The notes below the pieces were generated by a model. That model was not told the DNA's origin, ran no database searches, and worked only from the letters and a program-made list of their open reading frames with translations. Below, piece after piece: positions 42,356 through 57,232 of a stretch of 64,000 bases of DNA. The DNA comes from Octopus vulgaris. Taxonomy: Eukaryota. Both the position numbers and the translations under genes were made by a program. Numbering within the stretch: the first letter of the stretch is position 1; every line of letters begins with the position of its first letter. The DNA is taken from positions 79,298,001 through 79,362,000 of the forward strand of contig OX597831.1 in assembly GCA_951406725.2 (NCBI GenBank), written 5' to 3'.

Positions 42356-42880
42356 GACCACCATCATCATCATCATCACCATCCTCTTGGTTGTCTTCAT
42401 CAATATCACTCATGGTGGCGGTGGTCGTATCGGGTCTTATTCGTGTTATTATTGTTATTTTATTATCATTATTATCATTATTGTTGTTGCTGTTGTTCTT
42501 GCTAATATTATCATTGCCTACCATCTTCGCAATTTCAAAAAAAAAAAACCAAAACATTCTTTTCTTATTTTTGTTGTTGATCTAGTTATTATTTATTTTG
42601 TAGTTGATGTTGTTGTTGTTGTTGTTGTTGTTATTGTTTGTATATATTTATGTCTTCTGATTAGCTGGAAATCAATCTACTATCTTATTTTATATTGATC
42701 TTTATGCATCTTCATATTTTAGCATATTGTTTTGTTGATTTTTTTTCGTATACAATCATAATTGAATTGTATTGAATAGCGCTTGCTGGTCTTTTGTTGC
42801 CTTTAGCACACACACACACACACACACACACGTGTATATATTTATATGTGTGCGTGTGTATGTGTATATATATATATATG

Positions 42881-42983
<103 letters not shown>

Positions 42984-43015
42984 TTATTTATCTATATATG
43001 TGTCTCTCACTCTAC

Positions 43016-43047
<32 letters not shown>

Positions 43048-43214
43048 TGTATGCGTGTATACAAGATGTGAGTGTGTAAAATTTGTATGCCTATCTGTAG
43101 TTATAGCTCTTTGCCTGTCTGTTTCTACTTCGATGTGTATATGTTTGGGTGTGAACGTGTGTAGAAGTAGAAGTATGTGAATGTAAATATGTGCAGTTGT
43201 CCATATGTGTATGT

Positions 43215-43265
<51 letters not shown>

Positions 43266-43365
43266 CCACACACCCATCATATATATGCATTTACGTATGT
43301 GTGAGTATGCATACACACATACATACATATAAATATAAATATATAGATAGATGGATAGATTGATA

Positions 43366-43621
43366 GATAGGTAGGTAGGTAGATAGGTAGGTAGGTTGGT
43401 AGGTAGGTAGGTAGGTTGGTAGGTAAGTAGGTAGGTAGGTAGATAGGTAGGTAGATAGGTACGTAGGTACGTAGGTAGGTAGGTAGATAGGTAGGTAGGT
43501 TGGTAGGTAGGTAGGTAGGTAGGTAGGTAGGTAGGTTGGTTGGTTGGTAGGTAGGTAGGTAGGTAGGTAGGTAGGTAGGTAGGTAGGTAGGTAGGTAGGT
43601 AGGTAGGTAGGTAGGTAGGTA
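43366..43621. repeat. (GGTA)n microsatellite
   Basis: Directly visible. Confidence 0.95.
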
Positions 43622-43846
43622 GATGAGCTGACAGAAACGTTAGCACGCCGGGCGAAATGATTAGCGTAAATCGTCTGCCGCCACGTTCTGATTTCAAATT
43701 CCGCCGATGTTGACTTTGCCTTTCATCTTTTCGAGGTCGATTAAATAAATACCAGTTACGCACTGGGGTCGCTATAATCGACTTAATCCGTTAGTTGTCC
43801 TTGTTTGTCCCCTCTGTGTGTAGGCCCTTGTGGGTAGTAAAGAAAT
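43622..43846 (+). mobile_element. SINE family B, near full length with LINE-like tail
   Basis: Head, central domain and tail ccttgtttgtcccctctgtgtgtaggcccttgtgggtagtaaagaaata. Confidence 0.9.
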
Positions 43847-43946
43847 AAGATAGATAGATAGGTAGGTAGGTAGGTAGGTAGGTAGGTAGGTAGGTCGGTT
43901 GGTAGGTAGGTTGGTAGGTGTGTATGTAGGTAGGTAGGTAAGTAGG

Positions 43947-44010
<64 letters not shown>

Positions 44011-44699
44011 AACCTACATACAGACAAACACTCATATGCACATGCGCACCGAAGTACATAATGGGTCTCAATTTCAAACCATGAGTGTTTCGTTGTTTGA
44101 ACAACTAAACTACTAAGGTCATTGAATTAATGTAGGAGGTCGAGTGTTCCATGGACGTATATACACAGAAAATATAATCCTTCGGTGACATCAGCCTTCA
44201 CCTGTGACCTGTGACCTACCTGGCCCCGTGTATTACTAGCGAAATCCAGTTTTATTTTATTTTATATCGATGCTTAGACGGTTATTATCCTAATTTTTCC
44301 ATCAACCGTTGTTATTTACTCGTGATTTGATAACATTTTCTCCAGAAAAGCAAAAAGATTTCTATGTATACAGGCAACGAATATACCGCCAAAAATTTTG
44401 GAGCACTTCGAAGGAATTCTTCCTAATTTTGGCTCAAATCTAACAATATGTAGGGGCAGAAAAATCGAATGCATTGATCCCAGTGTTCTACTGGTATTTG
44501 CTTTTTGGAGCCCCAAAAGTTTGAAAGTTAGAGTCGATTTTGATTGGATTTGAACTCAGAACGTAAAGACGCGGAAGATATGCTGCAATTCATTTTATCC
44601 AGAGCCGTAACGATACTGCAAGCAGGCCTCCTGAAGAAATTGAGAGAAAGATTGAATTTAATATTATATACGAGTAAGAAGGACAGTTGAAACTGAAGA

Positions 44700-46050
44700 A
44701 GCAGACACAGTTGTAAACCCAAACATTGACTCTTCCCAATACAAAAGACAAATTGCTGCCAGTAGCAACGTCACCAGCTTTGCTAGTGTTGCAAGCCAGA
44801 GGATGAAATTGGATGTGGGTCATCTGAAGCAAAAAATAAACTTGCAAAGAGGTGCGTTACAAACGCCAGTGGCTCCTTGCTCGTCGAATGCATCCGATGT
44901 GCAAATACAAGCGTGACATATTTCTGATGTATGACATATTTCTCCTAAAACAAAACTGGCTTACATATTTCTTTGAAAAGGCAATTAGGAATGAATGCCT
45001 GTCTGAGGTGCTTTAATGACCGTAACATAACGTAAAGAATTATGTTCTTGCTTGTTAATACCATTGATGAAATGAAGAAGAAAGCAGGTGCTGCTGGTAC
45101 TTCACACAAGCTGGTTCTACAAAATATTTAGCAGGTTCTATTTTGGATATTCAAAAACACCGCGAATCTCAAAAAGTCTCGCGTATAGTCTTCCTCAGTT
45201 CTTAGGCTCATTTTCCTTCCCGACATCAAATGAGAATAAAGTGGTAACGCGTGTCGTGCCATCTGACAGCGTTCTGAGGGAGATGAGGAGCAATCTCTTC
45301 CGCTTCTCAGTGGTCGATTTCGTCATCGGCCTCTGGTGATGCAAATGCTGAAAATAAAGTGATTTGACACTTTCTGTCTATCCTTGAAATTTCGACCAAT
45401 GTTACTATGGAAACAGCATCTGGTGCCTGTTGTTGTTTTGCTTGCAGTCTCTGTAGTCGCCCGTTGACCTGACAAAACAGAAGAACCACGGTGAGAGGCA
45501 ATGATAGCCGGAGTATCCCATGGTTTGTCGTCAGCTTTGCGGTAGAGTACGATCAGGTGCTGAGTACAGGGGCAATAGGCAAAACCTTGTTCAGTGTGTT
45601 TGTACAGAAATGAATATCTTAACTCCCTAAATCTAATCTACAAGGCTACCCCAACGGTATGAGATAGAATTGTGGGAGTTGAGAATAAGACAATTAGCAG
45701 GAATGGATGCGGAATAGAAATCCCAGTTGATACACGTGTCGTAGAACGTGCCACATGAGGTCTTTCCGCTCCAACACGGTGTAGGAGTACATGAGAAAAG
45801 AGCCACGCGCTACAGTTGATGCAGCAACAGAGAGAGAGAGATAGGATTAGGCCCCAGAAGAACACTGGTCGTGATTCTGAGCAAAGAGAGGAATAAATCA
45901 CCTCATCCTCTAAGCACCCACAACCAGGGGATTATGCTTAAGTAGCACAAGGAAAAGTGATGGGTCTTTCTGTCGATCCACCACCACCATCTTGCACAGA
46001 ACGGTCAGATAGTACAGCTAGCAATGCTGGAAAGGAAATGTCTGTATCAA
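44700..46050 (-). mobile_element. Possible highly decayed Copia-like LTR retrotransposon relic
   Basis: Microsatellite-poor block with broken minus-strand peptides VLYRKADDKPWDTPAIIASHRGSSVL (post-integrase-like) and QVYFLL..FHPLACNTSKA (RNase H-like), in Copia order; similarity is weak. Confidence 0.25.
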
Positions 46051-46075
46051 TCTATCTATCTACCCGTGTGCATAC

Positions 46076-46123
<48 letters not shown>

Positions 46124-46124
46124 C

Positions 46125-46423
46125 ACCGTGATCACCGTGACTGACCAGGCTATTAGATGTTGCTACACATCGCTGGTCACAATGCGCTTCGCATTGTTTT
46201 AGCCTTCAAATGACGCCATCCCGCTGGCTAAGCGAGCAGGCCAACAGAAGAAAGAATGAGAGAAAGTTGTGGCGAAAGAGTACACCACCACCCCCTGCCG
46301 GAGCCTTGTAGAGCTTTAGGTGTTTTCGCTCAATAAACACTCACAACGCCCGGTCTGGGAATCGAAACCGAGATCCTACGACCGCGAGTCCGCTACCCTA
46401 ACCACTGGGCCATTGCGCCTCCA
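46125..46423 (-). mobile_element. tRNA(Arg-like)-derived SINE, family C
   Basis: Minus-strand head ggaggcgcaatggcccagtggttagggtagcggactcgcggtcgtaggatctcggtttcgattcc; short tandem tail atcaccgtg x2. Confidence 0.85.
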
Positions 46424-46520
46424 TATACACACATAAAAATACACACACATATACTTATGTATACATATATATATATATATATACATATGTACGTGTATAC
46501 ACACACATACACACACACGC

Positions 46521-46638
<118 letters not shown>

Positions 46639-48400
46639 ACGACATTACCATCACAATCACTGGTGCAATCATCCTGTCACCTTTACCTATGCCATCACCA
46701 GCACCGCCATCATCAGAATCATAATCAATCAGTCCCACGCCATCACCGTCGTTGCCTCCACCACGCTCATCACCACCATCACCATCACCATCACTACTAG
46801 TAACACCAACTAACACCACCACCATTACAATCATTACAGTCATCAACAACCATAATCACCAGCTCCATCACAAATATCAACACTACCACCACCACCAACA
46901 CCACCGTCACGGCCACAACCACCTACAACACCACTACCACCGTAGCAGTTATCCCCAGCAGCACCATTATCACCATTACCAGCAGCATCACCATCATTAC
47001 CATCATTACCATCGTCACCATCACCTCCATAATCCTTATCACCTCCAACACCTCCGCCACCGCCACCACCATCACTAGCAACACCGCCAAGACCACCGTC
47101 ACCACTGCCACCACCACCACTACCACCCGCATTATTATCCCCGTCGTCGTCATTGTCGTCATCGTCATCATCGAATGTTCTGTGACTGAATTTCTCAGAT
47201 GAACTGATGAAGCTGGCTGCCATCGCGATGACGCTTCGCTGCACACATCGCCTGCAATGTCACACTTCACTGAACAGGTGCAGTTGTGAACGTGTTTGCA
47301 TTTGTTTTGCAGTGTGCAGTTGAGCGTGGGTTGGAGCGGGCGGACGGAGGTGGGGGCACTGAGGTGAGAGGGCGTGGAAAAAAAAACAGACAAACCTGCA
47401 ACAACTAACAAGGGAGACCCTATTAGAAATAGAAGTCAAATCTCCCTCAAAAAACATACGCTATTATTTATTACAAACACATTTTTAAAAATACAACATT
47501 AGGACATATATCACAATGTAGTCCTAGATACACTAGGCTCTGAAATACAGAACAAACAACGATCATGATCTCCTGGTCATAATTTGTAATGCGGTTTGAT
47601 AACAAGCCAACTGGACCACACATGACCTAGGGCGATAAAGAGACAACAATCACAAGAATATTTCTTGTATTTTTAACAATATCGCTTTTTATATTTCTTT
47701 ACAATATGGTTTTCTCTATTGTTGGTTTGTTACATTTTGTATTTTAATTTTAGCGGGGTTTATTTTAGTGTTTTTTTTTAATTGAATGCTCGTTTTTTTG
47801 TTATTTATTTGTAGTTTTTTTTTCTTCGCTTTTCGATGTTCCGCCTCCTTTAGATAATGGTCTCTAATTTAGGAACGCTACCACCGATTTTGAGGGGATC
47901 ATTTCGGTCGGTATCTTCGGCATCTGAGCTTGACTGCTACCACACTATTTCCCCGAACTACGGTGTAGTTGAAAGACAAAGATGCACTCGGCGGAATTTG
48001 AATCCAGAACGTGAAAAGTCAAAAGTACTAACACAACGCATTTTCTTTTCAACGTTACACACAAATCGTGGTTTTTGCTTCACTAAGAAAACCAAATTTA
48101 TATTTATATATATATATGTCTATGTGTGCGTGTGGGTTGTGTGCAAGTGTGCGTGTTTGGGTGCCTCTAGAGGCGAGTAAATAATGAACACTAACATAAA
48201 CTATTCCAAGTAATGAGTTGTGAAACACAAAGGGTGGCACTCTCACAAACACGACTACATGCTGTACAACACGCGCACGCAAACATATGTGTGTGTGTCT
48301 GTGTGTGCATATATACATACATATACACACATATGTATGCGTATACATATATATACGCATATTTATATATAATACATATATATATTTATATATACATATG

Positions 48401-48460
<60 letters not shown>

Positions 48461-48718
48461 TAGATAGATAGATAGATGCACATATGTATCTATATATACA
48501 CTAATATGTACACAAACACTAACACAAGCATACTTATTCATAAGTATATACATATATATATGCAGACATATATATATAATTCTGGTAGATGTAGTGTGTA
48601 TATCCCTGCATGTATAATTGATTACATTATTTCACCTCTACATAAATTATGTTGACCACAATTCATCATTTACGTAAACATACATCGAATAAAGCATTAG
48701 CAAATATACAGGTGTGTG

Positions 48719-48799
<81 letters not shown>

Positions 48800-48841
48800 A
48801 CTTGGAAATGGATGCGCAGCGTTCAATTAACTAATAATATA

Positions 48842-48880
<39 letters not shown>

Positions 48881-49164
48881 TATATATGCATATATGGGCA
48901 CAGGACGTCACCAACAATAAACAACATGAAATACGAATGAATTAAATACGCGAATTATGAGACGAAAAAGGACAAGTAGTACAAAAAAAGACCCTTCATC
49001 AGTTGTCAGCTGTCTATCTCCTCCCCATTTCGAGCATAAATACATATATTTATATACGTCTGCAAATGTATACACCACAATTCTCTCTTTATTTGCGTAT
49101 TTAACACGTTTGTTTTCGTATTTCATGTTCTTTACTGTTTGTGACGTCCTGTACACATGTATGC

Positions 49165-49218
<54 letters not shown>

Positions 49219-49916
49219 GTGTGTATATATATATAAACATATATATACGTATATATATATATGCATATATATATTATTTATATTATATATATATATGTTT
49301 ATACGTAAACACGTATATATGTCTGTTATAATGTATATATATATATACATACATACATACATATATGTATGGATGTATGTGTGTGCATGTGAGAGCGAGT
49401 CACATTGCATGTGTGTGTCCGTATGTATTCGCTTTTATTCGTTCCTCCACAGAAACATCTTTCACAAACAGTCACAGACATTTGCAGTTATTTCACGTGG
49501 AAACGGTTGTAATTTCCTAAAACAGTTCCTGGCCATAAACAAATCTGTCCATGGTCCATTAATGGAAGGGTATCATCGACTGACGGTCTCGTAATCTGAG
49601 ACTGAAAGTTCCCACAGATAAGATGCTGACGTTGGAGTCAGAATAAACATATGCATAGAAGCATACATATACGTACATATATATGTATGTGTTTGTGTGT
49701 GTGTGTGTGTGTGTGAGTGTGCGCGCACTTGTTAGTGTGTGTAATAAGCATATATGGATGCATATATATGTATATATATCAATATATATATAGATACGTA
49801 TGGAAATATATTTTTATATATATATAAATATATATATAAAAATATATTTTCATACGTATCTATATATATATATGTGTGTATGTATATGTATATGTATATA
49901 CATACACACACACATT

Positions 49917-49961
<45 letters not shown>

Positions 49962-50081
49962 CAGAGACAGAGAGACAGACAGACACTGATAAAAATATTT
50001 TCTATAGCCAACGATGATGTATGTATATGTATATATATATGTATGTATATATATACATGCATGTGTGTATGTATATATATA

Positions 50082-50136
<55 letters not shown>

Positions 50137-50643
50137 TTATATATATACATAAACGCATGCAGGTGTGTATATATATATATATATCATGTGTAATATATAA
50201 AAAATGTGTATAAAATACATATGAGTATAAGCATGTATGTATACATATGCGCATATCATATTATGTAATATTACATATAATATTATACATATATATATAT
50301 ATATACATATATATGTATGTATGTATGGATGGATCCATTCGTATATATGTATGCATTTACATTGTCATGGTGGCGTCTGTCTGTGACGATATGGAACCTA
50401 ATGAATGTGATTACGCAATCCCGTTCTTTTGGTATTCGTTTATGTAATAGGAGAATGTTTTGTATTTATATTCTTCATGTATGAGACCGGAACTCTGGAC
50501 ATCATTCAATTTAAACCACCAGGGGGCAGCAGCTTAATAACACAGTAATACAATGCATTAGAATTATACTGGCTCCTTAGCAAGTGGTTATTCATTCGTC
50601 TTACGAAAAATAAAAACTATATATATATATACATATATATATC

Positions 50644-50697
<54 letters not shown>

Positions 50698-50848
50698 TAT
50701 CATGTGTGTGGTGTGTTTAACACTTAATGAATTGTTGAAATAGAATAGTACTCAATAGCATTTCGGTAGAGTTAAATGTTCCTAATAGAAGTTTGACTTG
50801 CAGGTTCGTGCCCGTTTAGGAAACATTCAAAGGCAAACAAAAACAAGG

Positions 50849-50914
<66 letters not shown>

Positions 50915-50998
50915 TTGCCCGTTTGAATGTTTGCCAGATATATATTTCATATATATATATAAGAGAGAGAGAGAGAGAGAGATAGGAGAGAGAGAGAG

Positions 50999-51077
<79 letters not shown>

Positions 51078-51654
51078 CAGACAGATACTCAGAAATGCAT
51101 AAAGATATTCTGCTAGTCTATAAGCATTTTTTTGTTTTATATGTTCATATTTATGTGGCTAGTGTTGGAATGCTGGAATGTTGTGACACATTAGGAAACG
51201 TAGAACAGATACCGAAACCATACGGTCAAAGGAAATCTCCAGGTCTGTAGCTTCAGGAATTCGTTGAACTCCAAATAAAATACTTATTTTCAAGCGATAC
51301 ATTCATTGAAAAAAAAAATTCATACATACATACCTTCATACATACATACATACATACATACATACATACATACATAAACACACAATCACCTGTAATCGCA
51401 AAGAAAACCATGTATATAGCCATATAAATACATACATACATACATACATACATACATACCTTCATACATACATACATACATATATAAATATACATGCCTT
51501 AGTTACATACATACATACATACGTACGATTGCATACATACATACATACATACATGACATACATATGTGTACATACATACATACATATTCATACAATACAT
51601 ACATACATACATACATACATACATACATACACACATACATACATACACACACAC

Positions 51655-51745
51655 ACAATCACACTGCGTAAACGGGAATGTGTAAAAACGTGTTTAGATG
51701 ATTATGTACTATATAATTCTATATGAAAATGGGTATATAGATATG

Positions 51746-51820
<75 letters not shown>

Positions 51821-51829
51821 ACATATATA

Positions 51830-51869
<40 letters not shown>

Positions 51870-51975
51870 AACACACAGACACAGAGACACACACACACAT
51901 CACACTGCGTAAACGGGAATGTGTAAAAACGTGTTTAGATGATTATGTACTATATAATTCTATATGAAAATGGGT
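51655..51975 (+). repeat. Tandem duplication of an ~80 bp unique unit separated by microsatellite
   Basis: atcacactgcgtaaacgggaatgtg...atatgaaaatggg is present at ~51658 and ~51899. Confidence 0.9.
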
Positions 51976-52052
51976 TTATAGATATGTATGTATATATATA
52001 TATATATATATACATATACCTATATGTACAAAGAATAACCGAAATTGTGTGC

Positions 52053-52129
<77 letters not shown>

Positions 52130-52238
52130 GATATAGATATATATGTATACACGTACGTATATATTGTGTGCATATATATGTATAAATATAAATATATATA
52201 TATGTATGTGTATACATATGTGTATATATATGTATGAA

Positions 52239-52270
<32 letters not shown>

Positions 52271-52659
52271 TTATATATACATATACATATATATATGTAT
52301 ATATATTTATATATATGTATATAAAAATGTAGAAATACATATGTGTGTATATGTGTGTGTATGAGTGTGCGTGTGTTTGCATGTATATGTTAAAACTTAT
52401 ATAAGCAAAATAATAAAATAAATTTATACCATAATGACAATATTATTGTGACAATGTAATTCCACAAAGAACAATAAAATTCTAATTATACTTAGCTTAA
52501 TTCCTATAGCATAAATTATTCCCCGTCAAAGTTATTAATGATTCCCAATCAATTTAAACCATAATTGCAGCGAAATTAAAACAATTAACAAATAGCGTTT
52601 ACGTAATCATTTTCACCAACGTCGAGTAAATAATGCAACATATTTACTAAATGTAGATA

Positions 52660-52697
<38 letters not shown>

Positions 52698-52888
52698 AAC
52701 ACACACACAGAGGCATATATGCATATGTATATATGTATGTATGTATAGACGAGTGGAGGTATGATTGTAGGTCTGTCTACGTATGTACACTAATATGAAA
52801 GTTCCAAACATACCATTAATTACCACTAATAGACGTCATTAGTTAGTTCGTATGTACGTGTTAAGGGGTGTATATGTGTGTATAGATA

Positions 52889-52936
<48 letters not shown>

Positions 52937-53028
52937 TTGTGTGCACGTATATGTGTTTATGTGTGTGTATGAATATATGTTTGTACTTTATATATATATA
53001 TCTTATATATCTATATATATACACACAC

Positions 53029-53114
<86 letters not shown>

Positions 53115-53207
53115 ATATATACCATCATATTACCTGTTGCCTGTCTTTATTCTCCTATGTTGAAGTGAATGTCAGGCAAAAATTCTGTCGATATTTACTT
53201 ACATAAT

Positions 53208-53256
<49 letters not shown>

Positions 53257-53284
53257 ATTGTGTGTATTTATATATGTATGTATG

Positions 53285-53330
<46 letters not shown>

Positions 53331-54038
53331 TATATATATACATGTATGTATGCATATACACATAAACACATAAAAGAATTTGTACACATAATACATGCAT
53401 TTATATACGTCTGCAAACGTATACGGCACAAGCACTCACGCATACACGCGCACTCATATTTATATGCAGACCCACATACGCATTCATACACGCATATATT
53501 ACGCATACATAGGCGCAGAACGTCGCTTCAGTATCAAGTGTGCGACACCTTGTACATGATCTCCTCGTGTCACCTCGTGGAACGGAATAAACGACTGTGA
53601 GGGACATTGTAATACGGAGGATATTACAGGACTTAGAGATTCGATACGTAGAAACCGTCAAAAAGGGAAGATAATATCTTATTACTCCGGGATAAGGGCA
53701 AACCATTCGCTGCCACTTGTAAAGTTGATTGTGCATGTATGATGTATGTATGTATGTATGTATGGATGGATGTATGTATGAAGGTATTTATATACGCACA
53801 ATGTAATTATGTTGGAGTTCATGTGTTTGTATGCATGTCTGTGTGAATGAAGGGATGTACGTGCATTTATATACAAGTATACAATATATATGTGTATACA
53901 AAAGTACATATATATGCGTGTGAATGAGTATATAGATAGATAGACGGACATCCAGACAGACAGAGAGACAGACAGATAGATAGATAGATAGATACAGACA
54001 CCCAGACAGACAGTCAGATAGATAGATAGATAGATAGT

Positions 54039-54108
<70 letters not shown>

Positions 54109-54109
54109 T

Positions 54110-54425
54110 GTTTCTTTATTAGCCACACAGGGCTGCACACAGATAGAACAAATTACAAGGTAGAGCTTTTCTTTTGAAGGTTTAAAAAAAAAAAAAAAAA
54201 AAAAAAGGAAGGGGAGTTTCGATCAAAAGGGATCGTAAAAGAGAGAAAGAGGACAAAAAAAAGGGGGTTTAAAAAAGGGGGAGAGAAGAAAAAAATTGAT
54301 CAATAGGGATCGTTATCACAGAAATGTCAATATGAAGTGTAAAGGGGAGGACAGGTGAGGTTTACCCGTGGAAAGAAAAGCCTACGGAAAAGACCACGGT
54401 AACCTCGGTCAATGAAGTCACATTT
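54110..54425 (-). mobile_element. Non-LTR retrotransposon 3' UTR/tail fragment
   Basis: Pyrimidine-rich minus strand ending ccttgtaatttgttctatctgtgtgcagccctgtgtggctaataaagaaac, then (TATC)n. Confidence 0.55.
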
Positions 54426-54561
54426 TAGTTAGATATATACGAATATATATGTGTGTATATGCGGTATCCATGCTTACTATGTACATCGGTATATATATAA
54501 TCATATATTATATAGATATATATGTTGCACACACACACATATACACACACATACACACATG

Positions 54562-54607
<46 letters not shown>

Positions 54608-55153
54608 TATATCATAGCCATGTATTATATAAATATGTTATATATATACATATATATATATGTATGTATGCGTGTGTATATACATATATATATTATGTAG
54701 GTATGTATGTGTGTGTGCGTGTATGTCTGTGTGTGTGTGAGAGAGAGAGTTTTAGTTATAAGAGATATATATAATAGAAATATACGTTATATATGTTTAT
54801 TTGCGTGTGCACGTGTGCGACCTTCCGTGTGATTTTATGTGGGGTCCTAAGTTTCCTCGTCGAATCTGTGTGAGGGATCGTCAGATAGCTGCGAAGGAGT
54901 GCAGTTATGGGTCGATGCATGGAATTTGTTTGTAGGTGTGAGAAGGAAGAGAATTGATGGAAAGTGATTGAAAAGGAAAGAGTGAGTGTGAGAGAGTGTG
55001 GGGGAGGAAGAAGAAATAAAGAAAGTGACAAAGGTATGCAAAGTGAGAGAGGATGAAAATGGCGACTGTTAGGTTGTAACGTTGCATCGTTAGTGACATT
55101 TATAAATGGAGGTGTTATTCAATCTATCTGTCTGACTGTCTGTCTGTTGCATG

Positions 55154-55203
<50 letters not shown>

Positions 55204-55487
55204 CATATACATGTACGTATGTATGTAAATATATATATATATACGTATGTCTATATATATGTATATATATACATGTATGTATATATGTATATATATATAT
55301 ATACAAATATGGATATACATATATCTACTTATATATATATGTGTGTATATATATACAGACACGTATGTATATATATACTTTTCTATATATGTACGTATAT
55401 GTATGTGAATATATATGTACACACACATACACACATATATGATAGATATTTATGTATGTATATTTATATACATATACATATAAACTA

Positions 55488-55568
<81 letters not shown>

Positions 55569-56397
55569 TATATATTATATGTACAAATAGATATACGTTT
55601 ACTTGTTTGTGCATGTATGTATGTGTGTGTGTTTAAAATAGTAAATTAAGTTACATAGACGAAAGTTATATATTACATGATATATATATATATATATCAT
55701 ATACCGTACGCTCATATAAATATGTATCTCTCTCTCTCTCTATCTATCTATCTATTTATGTATGTATGTATGAGTGTATGTGTGTGTGCAATGGCCATAC
55801 TCGATAACGAGGGGGCAGCCATAATAATGTATATATACATATATATATATATCACATTTGATTGCATGTGCATGTTACATCACATTTCCGAGTATGGATT
55901 GTGCTATGTTTTATACGAGTGTGTGTATATATGCATCTTTACGTCTGCGCGCATATGTGCCTGTATAGATAAATAATTATCATATACCTGTATTTATTAT
56001 CCTTTATTATTAATCTTTATAACAACAAGCACATCAACAATTATGCATAATGTATTTCAGGTGAGTGCCTAAACAAAAATATTTGAGCGCACACGATAAA
56101 TATACACCCATGATGATACACAATGCCACCAATAATCATTTAATGCATATATACACAAGCGCGTGTGTGTATGTGTTTATACATGGGCGCATATGCAGGT
56201 AAGTAATTATAGGTATATACCAATGTATATTAGCGAAATTGGCATTTATTTAGTAATGTCCTTTTCTTGAAATTTAGTGAAATATGACTTAATAAAGATT
56301 AATGTGAATCAAAACTTTATAGATATTTGTTTCGTTTCCCAAAATAAATCCTCCCCGTATCGAACTCCAATATTACCCTTTATTTCACCATCTCATA

Positions 56398-56447
56398 TCC
56401 TCTCTGATGAAGAGATATCCCTAATATCCCAGAAACAGCTGTAAGAC
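56398..56447 (+). ncRNA. Minimal hammerhead-like motif with canonical CUGAUGA core
   Basis: tct-CTGATGA-a-gagatat-cccta-atatccc-a-GAAA-cagctg-TA-aga. Intact core, palindromic ACAGCTGT stem III, GUA site. Confidence 0.65.
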
Positions 56448-56515
56448 TAACTTTCTCTTTATAAATGTCCTGTAAATTCCACACACCCTTTTGACTTTGA
56501 GGTTTCATTTTATTC

Positions 56516-56590
<75 letters not shown>

Positions 56591-56653
56591 ACACACGTAC
56601 AAACACACACATATATATATACATACATATATATATACATATATTTATACATG

Positions 56654-56701
<48 letters not shown>

Positions 56702-56765
56702 GAAATGAAGAGAATGCTGACAAAATAATTGAAGTAAGGGAGAGTGTATTTAATTAGGAGAAAGT

Positions 56766-56806
56766 TCTTTTTACCGGTTTTCGCATTTGTTATGCTTATC
56801 AAAAGA
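56766..56806 (-). ncRNA. Degenerate hammerhead-like motif
   Basis: Minus strand: tctt-TTGATAA-gcat-aacaa-atgc-GAAA-accgg-TA-aaaaga. Stems pair; core mutated. Confidence 0.45.
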
Positions 56807-56839
56807 TAGAGTTCCTTTCTGATTGATTTTTTTCTCTTA

Positions 56840-56895
<56 letters not shown>

Positions 56896-56980
56896 AATAT
56901 ATATATACATATATATATACATATATATACATATATATACATATTTACATATATATATATACATATATACATATATATAT

Positions 56981-57020
<40 letters not shown>

Positions 57021-57052
57021 GTATATAATATAAATTATATATATATATAATT

Positions 57053-57102
<50 letters not shown>

Positions 57103-57192
57103 TGATCGATTGATCGATTTCATACTGATAATAAACTCTTATTAACTCGAAAATCATATTATTTTTCCTTTGTAAGAATAAAAACTAGTGTT

Positions 57193-57232
<40 letters not shown>

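Noticed and set aside
46350-46423. tRNA-like sequences in SINE heads (also ~19765-19835 and ~25698-25770)
   Set aside because: They continue into SINE bodies and lack an intact cloverleaf acceptor stem, so they are not tRNA genes.
49577-49612. CTGACGG-tctc..gaga-ct-GAAA
   Set aside because: Stem II is present but stems I and III are not supported.
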